A DNA stretch of 64,000 nucleotides, from the NCBI GenBank assembly GCA_963764165.1, contig CAVXRD010000004.1:128001-192000 (forward strand), in the 5' to 3' direction. Under the pieces are notes generated by a model that was given only the letters and a program-made list of their open reading frames with translations, had not been told where the DNA came from and did no database searches. Below are positions 1-9,559 of the stretch, piece by piece. The stretch is from an uncultured Verrucomicrobiae bacterium. GTDB taxonomy: Bacteria; Verrucomicrobiota; Verrucomicrobiia; Limisphaerales; Palsa-1400. Positions within the stretch are counted from its first letter, which is position 1; each line of letters opens with the position of its first letter. Position numbers and translations under genes: made by a program.

Positions 1-800
1 CGATTCTTTACATGGCTGATCCAGATGGACCGTGCGGCAGCGGTCGCCGCGCTCTGCTTGACAAGCTCAATGCGCTCAACCGCCATCAGTTCGAGAAGGA
101 ACTCGACCCGGAAATTGAATCGCGCATCGCCCAATACGAGCTTGCCTATCGGATGCAAACGAGCGTTCCGGATGTGACGGATATGTCCAAAGAGCCGGAG
201 AGCACGTTCGAGCTTTACGGCCCCGACAGCCGCAAGCCGGGAACGTTCGCCGCGAATTGCCTGCTCGCACGGCGGCTGGCCGAACGGGATGTTCGCTTCA
301 TCCAACTTTATCATCAAGGCTGGGATCAACACGGCGATTTGCCTGCCGGCATTAGAGGCCAGACGCGCGAAACCGATCAGGCGAGCGCAGCGTTGGTCAC
401 CGATTTGAAGCAGCGTGGGATGTTGGAGGACACGCTGGTGATTTGGGGCGGCGAATTCGGGCGGACATGCTATTCGCAGGGAAAACTAACCGCCGACAAT
501 TACGGGCGCGACCACCACCCGCGATGCTTTACGATTTGGATGGCAGGCGGCGGCGTGAAGCGCGGGATTACTTATGGCCGCACCGATGATTATTCCTACA
601 ACATCGTCGATGCCGACGGCCAAGTTATGAACCCGGACAAAAGCCAGTTCAATCCCGGCGCGGTTCACGTCCACGATTTGCAGGCGACGATTCTTCACTT
701 GCTCGGCGTCGATCACGAGCAATTATCGTACACATACCAAGGTCGGCGCTTTCGTTTGACAGACGTGCATGGATTCGTCGCGAAAGATTTGCTGGCGTAG
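1..800 (+). CDS. DUF1501 family protein (sulfatase-associated), 5' truncated by window edge
   Basis: Motifs [55 protein letters not shown]; frame is open upstream of the ORF ATG (ILYMADPDG). Confidence 0.9.
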   Translation, partial: ILYMADPDGPCGSGRRALLDKLNALNRHQFEKELDPEIESRIAQYELAYRMQTSVPDVTDMSKEPESTFELYGPDSRKPGTFAANCLLARRLAERDVRFIQLYHQGWDQHGDLPAGIRGQTRETDQASAALVTDLKQRGMLEDTLVIWGGEFGRTCYSQGKLTADNYGRDHHPRCFTIWMAGGGVKRGITYGRTDDYSYNIVDADGQVMNPDKSQFNPGAVHVHDLQATILHLLGVDHEQLSYTYQGRRFRLTDVHGFVAKDLLA

Positions 801-814
801 GCCGGGTGAAATGG

Positions 815-889
815 TGGTGGGCGATGAGGGATTCGAACCCCCGACCAACAGCGTGTAAAGCTGCTGCGCTACCGCTGCGCTAATCGCCC
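815..889 (-). tRNA. tRNA-Val(TAC)
   Basis: Reverse complement GGGCGATTAGCGCAGCGGTAGCGCAGCAGCTTTACACGCTGTTGGTCGGGGGTTCGAATCCCTCATCGCCCACCA; anticodon loop CTTTACA, GTTCGAATC T-loop, encoded CCA. Confidence 0.95.
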
Positions 890-950
890 GCAGTCGGCTT
901 AACATAAGCCGGGCTCGCTCAACGTGACGAGTTAATTTTCAGCTTCTTGA

Positions 951-1049
951 GGGACGCCTCGCCGAGGCGTCCGGGGTGAGGCTTTCTATAATCTGGCCCC
1001 TCTAAATCTGGATGCTCCAGCCTGGACGCCTCGGCGAGGCGTCCCTACC
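951..1049. repeat. Inverted pair of REP-like palindromes (GGTAGGGACGCCTCGCCGAGGCGTCC family)
   Basis: gggacgcctcgccgaggcgtcc at 951-972 and ggacgcctcggcgaggcgtccctacc at 1024-1049; the latter recurs identically at 28039-28064. Confidence 0.85.
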
Positions 1050-1072
1050 TCGCTTCGCGACTATTCTAAATC

Positions 1073-1537
1073 CTAGATTTCTCCGCCGAACCCCTGCTGC
1101 CGCAGCGCTTCATACAATACCAACGCCGCGCAGTTCGACAAATTCAACGACCGCACCGACTCGTGAAACATGGGAATTCGCAGCCAAGATTCCGAATACT
1201 GCGCAATGATTGCCTGCGGCAAACCCGCTGTCTCGCGACCAAAAACGATGTAATCATCAGGGCCAAATTTTGCCTCTGAATAGGAGATCGGCCCTTTCGA
1301 TTCAACAATCCACAAGCGCGCGCTGGCCGGAATCCGCGCTTGAAACGCCGCCCAATTCGCCCAGCGGTGCCATGAGAGATGCTGCCAGTAATCCAACCCG
1401 GCGCGTTTAAGCTGGTTGTCGTCCAACTTGAATCCGAGCGGCTCGATCAAGTGCAGGGTCGTCCTCGTGGCGGCGCACAAACGCGCGACATTGCCAGTGT
1501 TTGGCGGAATTTCGGGTTCGACCAGAACAACATTCAT
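1073..1537 (-). CDS. trmL: tRNA (cytidine/uridine-34 2'-O)-methyltransferase
   Basis: MNVVLVEPEIPPNTGNVARLCAAT, KRAGLDYW, FGRETAGLP, RSLNLSN. Confidence 0.93.
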   Translation of the reverse strand: MNVVLVEPEIPPNTGNVARLCAATRTTLHLIEPLGFKLDDNQLKRAGLDYWQHLSWHRWANWAAFQARIPASARLWIVESKGPISYSEAKFGPDDYIVFGRETAGLPQAIIAQYSESWLRIPMFHESVRSLNLSNCAALVLYEALRQQGFGGEI

Positions 1538-1538
1538 G

Positions 1539-2282
1539 TCAATAAAACACCTTCCACAGCACAAGGCCGTGTGCGGGCGCGGTCATGCCTGCGGCGCAGC
1601 GATTTTTCTTTTCGAGTATTTCTTTGATCGCTTCCGGCGGGATCTTCCCCTCCCCGACTTGCACCAGCGTCCCCGCGATGCCACGGCACATTTTGTAGAG
1701 AAATCCGTCGCCTTCGATAATGAAGGTCAAAAGCGCGCCAGTCCGACGAAGGTCGCAGCGCGTGAGCGTGCGGGTGGTTGAATCCATCTCGTAATCCCTC
1801 GTGCCAGCCAGTGATTTGAAGTCGTGGCGACCCAGAAAGAATTTTGCCGCGCGACGCATGGCCGCCACGTCGAGCTTGTGGCAGACGTGCCAGGCGGTAT
1901 GCCGCAAGAGCGGATTCATGGCCGGGCCGTTCCAGACAAAATATCGATACTGTTTTCCTTTAGCGTTGAAACGGGAATCGAATTTCGCATCGCACTTCTC
2001 GACGCTCATCACGCGAATGTCCTCCGGCAGATGAGCATTGATAGCGAGGCCGACTTTCCAAATCGGCATTTTGAATTCGGCATCTGGTATTTCCAAATCA
2101 GCCACCATGCCAATCGCATGAACACCAGTGTCCGTGCGGCTGGAGCTTTTCAACCGCCCCGCGCCCGGAAAAATTTTGGCGATGGCCTCTTCCATTCGCT
2201 GCTGGACGCCGAGGCCGATTTTTTGCACCTGCCAGCCCGAGTAGGCCGCGCCGTCGTAGGCGATGGTGAATTTGAGTTTCAC
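1539..2282 (-). CDS. truA: tRNA pseudouridine(38-40) synthase
   Basis: IAYDGAAYSGWQ, SRTDTGVHA, GDGFLYKMCR, TAPAHGLVL; GTG start overlaps the ruvX stop. Confidence 0.93.
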   Translation of the reverse strand: MKLKFTIAYDGAAYSGWQVQKIGLGVQQRMEEAIAKIFPGAGRLKSSSRTDTGVHAIGMVADLEIPDAEFKMPIWKVGLAINAHLPEDIRVMSVEKCDAKFDSRFNAKGKQYRYFVWNGPAMNPLLRHTAWHVCHKLDVAAMRRAAKFFLGRHDFKSLAGTRDYEMDSTTRTLTRCDLRRTGALLTFIIEGDGFLYKMCRGIAGTLVQVGEGKIPPEAIKEILEKKNRCAAGMTAPAHGLVLWKVFY

Positions 2283-2689
2283 CGCGCCCGATCCAAATAA
2301 CTTTGCAGCAAGATCGCCGCCGCCGTCTGGTCGACGCGCTCCTTGCGTTTGTCGCGGCGCATCCCCGTTTCGATCAGCGCGCGATGCGCTGCCACGGTCG
2401 TGAGGCGTTCGTCCCAAGTCCGAATCGGAACGGCGACAAAGGCCTTCAGCGATGCCACCCACTCGCGCGTTTTCTCCGCGGCGGGGCCGTAGGTGCCATT
2501 CATATTGCGCGGAATGCCAACAATAATTTCGACAATCTGCTTTTCCGCAATCACCGCTTGAAGCTGTTCGAGCAATTTCGCCGCTGGTTCCGCTGAAAGA
2601 AATTGCAACGGCTGCGCGATGGTCTGCGTTTCATCGCTGACTGCAAGACCGACGCGCTTCGTTCCGTAATCAATGGCAAGAACTCTCAT
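2279..2689 (-). CDS. ruvX: Holliday junction resolvase-like / pre-16S rRNA nuclease YqgF
   Basis: LAIDYGTKRVGLAVSD, WDERLTT, VDQTAAAILLQSYL. Confidence 0.93.
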   Translation of the reverse strand: MRVLAIDYGTKRVGLAVSDETQTIAQPLQFLSAEPAAKLLEQLQAVIAEKQIVEIIVGIPRNMNGTYGPAAEKTREWVASLKAFVAVPIRTWDERLTTVAAHRALIETGMRRDKRKERVDQTAAAILLQSYLDRAR

Positions 2690-2700
2690 GTGAAATCAAT

Positions 2701-3522
2701 TTAGGCGCTCCACGCCACCAGGCTGATCTTGTGTTTTCTCGCCAGCTTCTCCGCCCCCTCGCGCTCTACTAGCAGCGTCTTTTCCGCCTCAAAGGCGAGA
2801 ACAGAAATGCGCGCGGCATGGCAAGTCTCCACCGTTCGCGCGCCGACCGTGGGAATATCAAAACGAAGATCATGTTTTTCCTTGGCCACCTTCACGGCGA
2901 CCGCTCCTTTGCCTTGGCCCAACTCGCCACCCCGCCGCAAACATGCGTCGGTTCCCTCGAATCCTTCCACGGCCAGCACCGTCCCCTCCTTCACAACGAC
3001 GGTCTGGCCTATCTCCAAACGGGAAACTTCCTTGGCGATTCGAAAACCGTAGGCGACATCCTCCCGCTGCTCCGCGCTTAACGCAGGGCCGAGCGTGAAT
3101 CCCGCGCCTGGCATCATTTTTCGCAGCCACGGAATTGGCTCGATCAGTTCGATTCCGTCTTTTTTTAATTCGTTGGCGATCCCGCCGAAGATGGAATGCG
3201 CGTTGCGCTCCTTCAATTTCATCAGCAAACCCAGAGCGCGCATATCGGGCCGAACGTCAAATAAATTCCTGGGCGCGATTTGTCCGAGCATGACGCATTT
3301 CGTCACGCCGCGTTCCTGGAAGGCGGAAATCATTTTGGACAATTGGCCGACTTTCACCCAGACGATTTCATCCACCTTTTGCGCCAGCGCCGGGTCCGTT
3401 TCGTTATCGAACGCGACCGCAACGATGCGCTTCATTCCCTGCGCGCGAGCCTCCTCGGCGAAAGCCAGCGGCAGCGAGCGATTGCCAGCGATGATGCCTA
3501 TCGTGTCCAACGGTTTAAACAC
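2701..3522 (-). CDS. lpxI: UDP-2,3-diacylglucosamine diphosphatase
   Basis: IGIIAGNRSLP, EIGQTVVV, VLAVEGFEGTD, DLRFDIPTVG. Confidence 0.9.
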   Translation of the reverse strand: MFKPLDTIGIIAGNRSLPLAFAEEARAQGMKRIVAVAFDNETDPALAQKVDEIVWVKVGQLSKMISAFQERGVTKCVMLGQIAPRNLFDVRPDMRALGLLMKLKERNAHSIFGGIANELKKDGIELIEPIPWLRKMMPGAGFTLGPALSAEQREDVAYGFRIAKEVSRLEIGQTVVVKEGTVLAVEGFEGTDACLRRGGELGQGKGAVAVKVAKEKHDLRFDIPTVGARTVETCHAARISVLAFEAEKTLLVEREGAEKLARKHKISLVAWSA

Positions 3523-3608
3523 ACTGCCACGTTAGCGACGGCGTCCAGCGCGGGCAATCATTTCAATTTTCAGTTCCAGACCCTCGCTATTCGATGTAAG
3601 CTGTTTGA

Positions 3609-4637
3609 GTGAAAGCTCTCACTCTCAAAGAGTATGGCCGGTTCGCATTGGAAGATGCGCCCGAGCCGGCGCTGCGGCCCGATTCCGTCATGATTTCCGT
3701 TAAAGCGTGCGGCATCTGCGGCAGCGATGTGCATGGCATGGACGGCAGCACAGGCCGCCGCCAACCACCAATTATCATGGGCCACGAAGCGGCCGGCGTG
3801 ATCGTGCGGGCGGGCGACGAAGTTTCCGATTGGGAACCCGGCGCGCGCGTGACATTCGATTCCACCATCTATTGTGGCGAGTGCGAATACTGTCGCGAAG
3901 GCCGCATCAATTTGTGCGACAATCGCCGCGTGCTCGGCGTTTCTTGCGGTGAATATCGGCAAAACGGCGCGTTTGCGGAATTGGTGGCGGTGCCGCAGCG
4001 CGTGCTTTATCGGCTGCCTGACGAAATGCCTTTTGAGCACGCCGCAATGACGGAGCCGCTTTCGATTGCATTCCATGCCATCCGCCGCGCCACGGTCAAG
4101 CCGGGCGACCGCGCGGTGGTGATTGGCGCGGGGCTTATTGGCCTGCTGCTGGTGCAATCATTGCGCCGCGCTGGCTGCCGCCAAATACTCGCGGTGGATG
4201 TAGCGCCAGAAAAACTGGCGATGGCCCGGGATTTTGGCGCAACGGCCACAGTTGCTTCCGGTCCAAAAGCATTAAGAGAAATTACGGATTGGACCGAAGG
4301 CCGTGGCGCGGATTCGATTTTTGAAGCTGTCGGAATTGCGCCCACAGTTGACCTCGCCGTGCGAGCTGCGCGAAAAGGTGGCTCCGTCACGCTGGTTGGA
4401 AACGTCGCTCCGACGGTGGAATTTCCACTGCAAATTTGCGTCACGCGCGAATTAAATATTTACGGCTCCTGCGCTTCCGCGGGTGAATATCCGGATTGCA
4501 TCAAGGCGCTGGCCAGCGGCGAAATCGACGCTGCGCCTCTCTTGAGCGCCATTGCGCCGCTGGCGGATGGTGCCGAATGGTTCGAGCGCCTTTACAAACG
4601 CGAACCGGGATTGTTCAAAGTGATCTTGCAACCATGA
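3609..4637 (+). CDS. Zn-dependent sugar-alcohol dehydrogenase (galactitol-1-P/sorbitol DH-like)
   Basis: CGICGSD, GHE, CGECEYC...C structural zinc site, GAGLIG. Confidence 0.9.
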   Translation: MKALTLKEYGRFALEDAPEPALRPDSVMISVKACGICGSDVHGMDGSTGRRQPPIIMGHEAAGVIVRAGDEVSDWEPGARVTFDSTIYCGECEYCREGRINLCDNRRVLGVSCGEYRQNGAFAELVAVPQRVLYRLPDEMPFEHAAMTEPLSIAFHAIRRATVKPGDRAVVIGAGLIGLLLVQSLRRAGCRQILAVDVAPEKLAMARDFGATATVASGPKALREITDWTEGRGADSIFEAVGIAPTVDLAVRAARKGGSVTLVGNVAPTVEFPLQICVTRELNIYGSCASAGEYPDCIKALASGEIDAAPLLSAIAPLADGAEWFERLYKREPGLFKVILQP

Positions 4638-5425
4638 ACGCCGCGAATTTCGATTTGACTGGAAAAGTTGCCATCGTTACCGGGACCAGCCGGGGGCTCG
4701 GGCAATATTTCGCGCGCGCCCTTGCGGCGGCCGGAGCCGATCTCGTATTGACAAGCCGCAAGGCCGAGTCGCTGCGTCCGTTTCAGGATGAAATCGAAGC
4801 GATGGGCCGCCGGGCGCTTTCGCTTTCTTTGGACGTGCGGGATTACAAAAGCATTCGCGCGATGGCCGAGCAAGCGGCAACGCATTTCGGCCGCATTGAC
4901 ATTCTTGTCAATAATGCGGGTTGCAACGTTCGCAAGCCCGCGCTTGAAGTCACGTGGGACGATTGGAATTTGATACTCGATACGAATTTGCGCGGCACAT
5001 TCTTCGTCTCGCAAGCCATCGCGCCACTCATGATCGCGCGGCGCAAGGGGCGCATCATCAACATTGGCTCGGTGACGGCGGTGGCGGGCTACGCCGGGCT
5101 GGGGCCGTATGGCGCGAGCCGCGGCGGTGTCAAACAATTGACGATGAGCCTGGCGGATGATTGGGGCGCGCATGGCATCACCGTCAATTGCCTTGCGCCG
5201 GGATGGTTCAAGACAGCGCAGAATGCCGTGATGTATGAGAACAAGGAATGGGTCGATTATTTGTGCGACCGCATTCCGTTGAAACGCCCGGGACAGCCAG
5301 CCGATCTCGATGGCGCGATTGTCTTTCTCGCGTCCGACGCCAGCGAGTACATTACCGGCCAAACGCTGCTCGTTGACGGCGGAATTTCCACTGGCGCAAC
5401 CCGCGCGCTTCCCGCAAAGAAATAG
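4634..5425 (+). CDS. SDR oxidoreductase (gluconate 5-dehydrogenase-like)
   Basis: TGTSRGLG, NNAG, YGASR catalytic motif (Lys replaced by Arg), PGWFKT; ATG overlaps the upstream TGA. Confidence 0.88.
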   Translation: MNAANFDLTGKVAIVTGTSRGLGQYFARALAAAGADLVLTSRKAESLRPFQDEIEAMGRRALSLSLDVRDYKSIRAMAEQAATHFGRIDILVNNAGCNVRKPALEVTWDDWNLILDTNLRGTFFVSQAIAPLMIARRKGRIINIGSVTAVAGYAGLGPYGASRGGVKQLTMSLADDWGAHGITVNCLAPGWFKTAQNAVMYENKEWVDYLCDRIPLKRPGQPADLDGAIVFLASDASEYITGQTLLVDGGISTGATRALPAKK

Positions 5426-5431
5426 CGCGCC

Positions 5432-8089
5432 TTACTGAATATCCATTGGCAAGCCAGTCACCGGCCAATGGCTCACTTGCGCGTCTTCGTTCAGCGAAAT
5501 GGCGACGCCCGAATCCATCGACGTGTTTACGCCAACGTTCCAGCCGTCGAGCACAACGAGAGGCATCTGCCCTTTGAAGTCCGCCTTGGCGGCCTCGATG
5601 GAAATCGTTTTGCTCTCACCCGGCGCGAGGGAAACGTAATTATCCGAATAGTAGACCGGCAGCACGCGATTGTTCGATTCATTGCAGCGCAGTTGCAGGT
5701 GCGTCATCAAGGCAACTTGAGGCGCGCCATTGTGAAGCGTCACGTCAATCATAACTTTATCGCCGTCATCCCGGCGCGCAGCTTTCGCATCCAGCGTCAC
5801 CGTCGGCAAAGTCCCGAGCGATTCCAATTCATCCGGCTTCTCCCGCGTCCCCCGCCAATAAAGATTGTCCGACAGCGGCTTTCCAGAATTGTCGGCAAGG
5901 GTGAGCTTAATCAGATGAACCGGTGAAAAATTGGACGACCACTCAATCTTGGCAATGCCAACTTCAGCAGTCGGCGGAGCGCCGACCTCGAAATCGTGCG
6001 TCATCGCCTGCGTGCCATCCAAATTGTAGACGGTCACGTTTGCTTTCGCCTGTTTCAGCTCGGTGGGCAAATTATTGATCACTTCCAATTCGGCGGTTTT
6101 CTCGTTGTATTGAATATGGATCGGCTCGCACGCTTTCTTCGCGCCAAAGAGCGAGGCGTTAGGCTCCAGGTCGTGATGATAAATCTGCCAGGTGAAGCTC
6201 GGCTGGGCCGGGTTGCTCATCCAAGTGATGACGCCGGTGGAAGGTTTGAACAATTTTGCGTTGCGGCCTTCATACATGGCGCGATACGCCTCGTAATTGG
6301 CCATCTGCGCCTTCCGCGCAAAATCCGCGAGGTTCGCAACTTTGCCATAGCGCGATGCGATTATTTTCGGATATTCGTCGCCATGCTGCGCGCCGCGCGC
6401 GAAGTCGTGCTCGGCCCAATCGTTGTTAATGACCTCCCAATCCTTCTTCGGCATCATGCCGTGAATCGATTCCAGCGTCGGCACGGACATGCTGCCTGTC
6501 TCGGTTTTGAAAATGTCGTTGGTCTCAAAATCGTAAAATTCGCGCGGCGTCCTCCAACAATACGGGCCATGCGAGTAAACTCCATGGCCGGCGGTGGAAC
6601 TCGGCTGATAAAGCCGCGTCGGCTCCAGTTCTGACATCAGCTTGCGCAGCGCGCCGTCGATTTCCTTCGGCGGATAACCTTCGTTGCGCGCGCACCAAAT
6701 CGCAATGGACGGATGGTTGCGAAAATGGAGAATTTTGTCGCGCACATTGGCGACATAAGTCTTGAGGTCAATCGGATCGGGGCCATCGCTGGGATTTGGC
6801 TGGAAGAACTCATCCCAAAGCAGCAAGCCATATTTGTCGCACATGTCGTAAAAATCCTCGCTCGTGCTCTGGCCCACCCAATTGCGGATGATCGTGTAAT
6901 TGGCGATCTTGTGCATGCGAATTTCCGCTTCCAACCGCGCGCGCGGAATGCGTTTCATCGCTTCATCAAGGCCCCAATTGCCGCCTTTGCAAAGCAAGCG
7001 GACGCCATTGACGGAGACGGTTAAATTCTCCGAATCCGGAACCGAATAGGTAATTTTGCGAATCCCAAAACTTGTCTCCGAATGATCGGAAATCTTTCCA
7101 TCCACTTCGAAGTTCAGTTGCAGCGTATAAAGATTCTGCGGGCCAAAACCGTTTGGCCACCACAATTTCGGATTCGCAACGTGCAGAGCGGGAACATTCT
7201 TGGAATCGAGCGAAACGGTCTTCGAACCGTGCGCTGGAACTTCGACGGGCATTTCGAATGTCACCTCCCCGAAACGCCCTTTCAGCACGCCCTTCTCCGC
7301 GATCTCTGTCGTGTTTTCCAGCGTGGCTTGAATGGCGACGTCCGAGGAGCTTAAATCCGGCAGCGGCAAATCCGTCGTCACCAGCGGGTCTTTGATCACA
7401 ACCGGGCCCGTGGCGGAAAGAAACACTTTCCGCCAGATTCCGCTGTCGCGGTCGCGAATGGCGGGAATCCAATCCCATCCGATGGTGCAAAGAAAGGCCG
7501 CGCCATCGACAGCGGTGATGCCGCCGTTCAATCCCATGCCATCTGACAAGGTGTGCTCGTGCGGCCAGCCGGGGTGCGGTTGCGGCGTTATGAGGACAGC
7601 CAACACCGCTTTTTTTCCAGGCATGACATAATGCGAAACATCAAACACGCCACGGGCGAACGCTCCGCGCATGGTGCCGATTTCCTGGCCGTTGAGCCAA
7701 ATTTCCGCGGAATAGTTGATGCCGTCGAAATTCAGCCAGATTCGTTTCCCCTTGTATTCCGGAGGAACTGCGAACGTCATGCGATACCAATATGATTGAC
7801 GGCAAAGCGCTTCGGAAATTTTATCCGGGCGATTGTTCTCACCGTAAAGAGGTTCGGGATAAATGAAATCATTGACAAGGCTGGTGAGGACAGTGCCCGG
7901 AACGGTCGCGTCATGCCAATCCTTCGGATGGAACGCCGCGTCGGAGATTTCCGCGCCCTTTGCTTTCACAGCAGGCGCCTCCCGCAATTGCCAGCCGGAG
8001 TTTAGATCCACAGTTTTCGGCAGGGAATCCGCGAAACATGCTGCGGCAAGGAACAGGGTTTGACCGACGAACACGAGGGTGCGTTTCAT
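5432..8089 (-). CDS. Secreted glycoside hydrolase family 2 (beta-mannosidase/exo-beta-glucosaminidase-like)
   Basis: Signal peptide; GWDWIPAIRDRDSGIW, RNHPSIAIWCARNE, FKTETG. Confidence 0.88.
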   Translation of the reverse strand: MKRTLVFVGQTLFLAAACFADSLPKTVDLNSGWQLREAPAVKAKGAEISDAAFHPKDWHDATVPGTVLTSLVNDFIYPEPLYGENNRPDKISEALCRQSYWYRMTFAVPPEYKGKRIWLNFDGINYSAEIWLNGQEIGTMRGAFARGVFDVSHYVMPGKKAVLAVLITPQPHPGWPHEHTLSDGMGLNGGITAVDGAAFLCTIGWDWIPAIRDRDSGIWRKVFLSATGPVVIKDPLVTTDLPLPDLSSSDVAIQATLENTTEIAEKGVLKGRFGEVTFEMPVEVPAHGSKTVSLDSKNVPALHVANPKLWWPNGFGPQNLYTLQLNFEVDGKISDHSETSFGIRKITYSVPDSENLTVSVNGVRLLCKGGNWGLDEAMKRIPRARLEAEIRMHKIANYTIIRNWVGQSTSEDFYDMCDKYGLLLWDEFFQPNPSDGPDPIDLKTYVANVRDKILHFRNHPSIAIWCARNEGYPPKEIDGALRKLMSELEPTRLYQPSSTAGHGVYSHGPYCWRTPREFYDFETNDIFKTETGSMSVPTLESIHGMMPKKDWEVINNDWAEHDFARGAQHGDEYPKIIASRYGKVANLADFARKAQMANYEAYRAMYEGRNAKLFKPSTGVITWMSNPAQPSFTWQIYHHDLEPNASLFGAKKACEPIHIQYNEKTAELEVINNLPTELKQAKANVTVYNLDGTQAMTHDFEVGAPPTAEVGIAKIEWSSNFSPVHLIKLTLADNSGKPLSDNLYWRGTREKPDELESLGTLPTVTLDAKAARRDDGDKVMIDVTLHNGAPQVALMTHLQLRCNESNNRVLPVYYSDNYVSLAPGESKTISIEAAKADFKGQMPLVVLDGWNVGVNTSMDSGVAISLNEDAQVSHWPVTGLPMDIQ

Positions 8090-8222
8090 AAGCGTTTCCC
8101 TTTTTTATACCAGTCGCGAGCAAGTTGCAACGCAACGCGAAAAAATTTGAACGGGAGGAAAGCCGAGGAAACGGAGATGAAAACAAACCCAATATTGCGC
8201 AGAATATTGCCGCTTTGGAGAT

Positions 8223-8828
8223 CTATTTCTCAGGAACCTTAAGCAATTCTGGAGCAGTCATCTGGGATGGATGCTTATCGGCACGAGCCGCTGCGACTGT
8301 TTCGGGCTTGACCGGATCGGCATGATTGCCGAAGTCGCTGCGGATGTATGTCAGCACGGCGGCAATTTCCTCGTCGGTGTAGACGTCTCGCCAGGCGAGC
8401 ATTTGGAGATTCCATTCCTGGCCTTTGACGGTAATCGGCCCAATGAGTCCGTTGAGAACGACGCGAGCTATGCGGTTCGCCCCCGGCGCGAGCACCCATT
8501 CGGAACCGGCCAGCGGCGGAGCAGTTCCTTCTTTGCCCATGGCGTTGGCTTGATGGCAGGCGACGCACGTTTTCGCGAAAATAGCCTGGCCCTTCTTTCT
8601 GAGCGCGTCCGGCCCTGTCTCGGTTGGATTCGCATCCACGACTTCCTGAACCGAGTGAAATGGCGCGTAAACAGAACGGTCAAAACCCCCGGCATTCTCC
8701 GCCATGAAAAGCGCTCCTCCGAAGACAATTAGAGCGGTCAGCAATAAAGCCCACATCGGCACGGCAGTGCGTTCCGCCACTGGCTCCGGGCCGCCATCAT
8801 TGTATGCTTTTTTGGGTTCGGCGCTCAT
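8223..8828 (-). CDS. Membrane-anchored monoheme cytochrome c
   Basis: N-terminal TM helix, CVACH, PPLAGSEW, distal Met in LQMLAW. Confidence 0.88.
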   Translation of the reverse strand: MSAEPKKAYNDGGPEPVAERTAVPMWALLLTALIVFGGALFMAENAGGFDRSVYAPFHSVQEVVDANPTETGPDALRKKGQAIFAKTCVACHQANAMGKEGTAPPLAGSEWVLAPGANRIARVVLNGLIGPITVKGQEWNLQMLAWRDVYTDEEIAAVLTYIRSDFGNHADPVKPETVAAARADKHPSQMTAPELLKVPEK

Positions 8829-9559
8829 TTTTTGCTTGGCATGGCTGGCGCAACAGCGTTCGTAGGAACTGCGTTCGTCGGAGGCAATTTCGGCGGAGCA
8901 TCAAACAAATATCCGTCCTGCTTCAAATTGATCAAGTAATAGACAAGCGCTTTGGCTTCGTCCGTCGGAACGATTTCGTATCCAGACGGCGGCGCATCCT
9001 GATCGGGTAGGTGCAAAGTTTCCCGAGAGGGGTGAAATCCGATTTTTTGCTTCTTAAAGAGAAAGCGATACGACGGCATGACAGTCGAATGCCCTGTGCT
9101 CTTGCCGCCACTCTTGCCCGCCACCAACTCTGGATCATAGAGGCGCAGATACACGCCGTCCAAATTCATGTCGTTGGTGTCGAAGACCAAACGCCGGCCG
9201 ACATTGGCCAAATCAGGCCCCACTTGGGTCGAACCGATCATCACCGGCGTTTCAAAAACATAATCTTCAGCCACGCTGCGCCTGAGACCCCAGAAGCGGC
9301 TGATATCGGAACTTTGCTGGACCGGGCGCACAACCTGCGTATGGCAGGCAGCGCAGCCATTGGCGCGATACACTTCGGCGCCTTGGTGGGCGATTCCCGC
9401 CTGGGCTATTGGATACGATTGCGACAGCTCTTTTCCGACGACAACCGTGTTCGTTGAAGTCAAATCGCCCAACTGCATCTGCGGCCCAAGAACGAAACCG
9501 GTCCAAGTGCAGGCGATGGTCGCGAACAGGCCTACGAAAATAATCGGTCCACTGTTCAT
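8825..9559 (-). CDS. cbb3-type oxidase subunit II (CcoO/FixO)-like monoheme cytochrome
   Basis: GAEVYRANGCAACHTQVVR, GPDLANVG, MPSYRFLF. Confidence 0.85.
   Translation of the reverse strand: MNSGPIIFVGLFATIACTWTGFVLGPQMQLGDLTSTNTVVVGKELSQSYPIAQAGIAHQGAEVYRANGCAACHTQVVRPVQQSSDISRFWGLRRSVAEDYVFETPVMIGSTQVGPDLANVGRRLVFDTNDMNLDGVYLRLYDPELVAGKSGGKSTGHSTVMPSYRFLFKKQKIGFHPSRETLHLPDQDAPPSGYEIVPTDEAKALVYYLINLKQDGYLFDAPPKLPPTNAVPTNAVAPAMPSKK

Noticed and set aside
801..830. tRNA-Val 3' end (CCACCA) as an integration site
   Set aside because: No integrase and no second copy of the tRNA end in the window; sequence left of position 1 is not visible.
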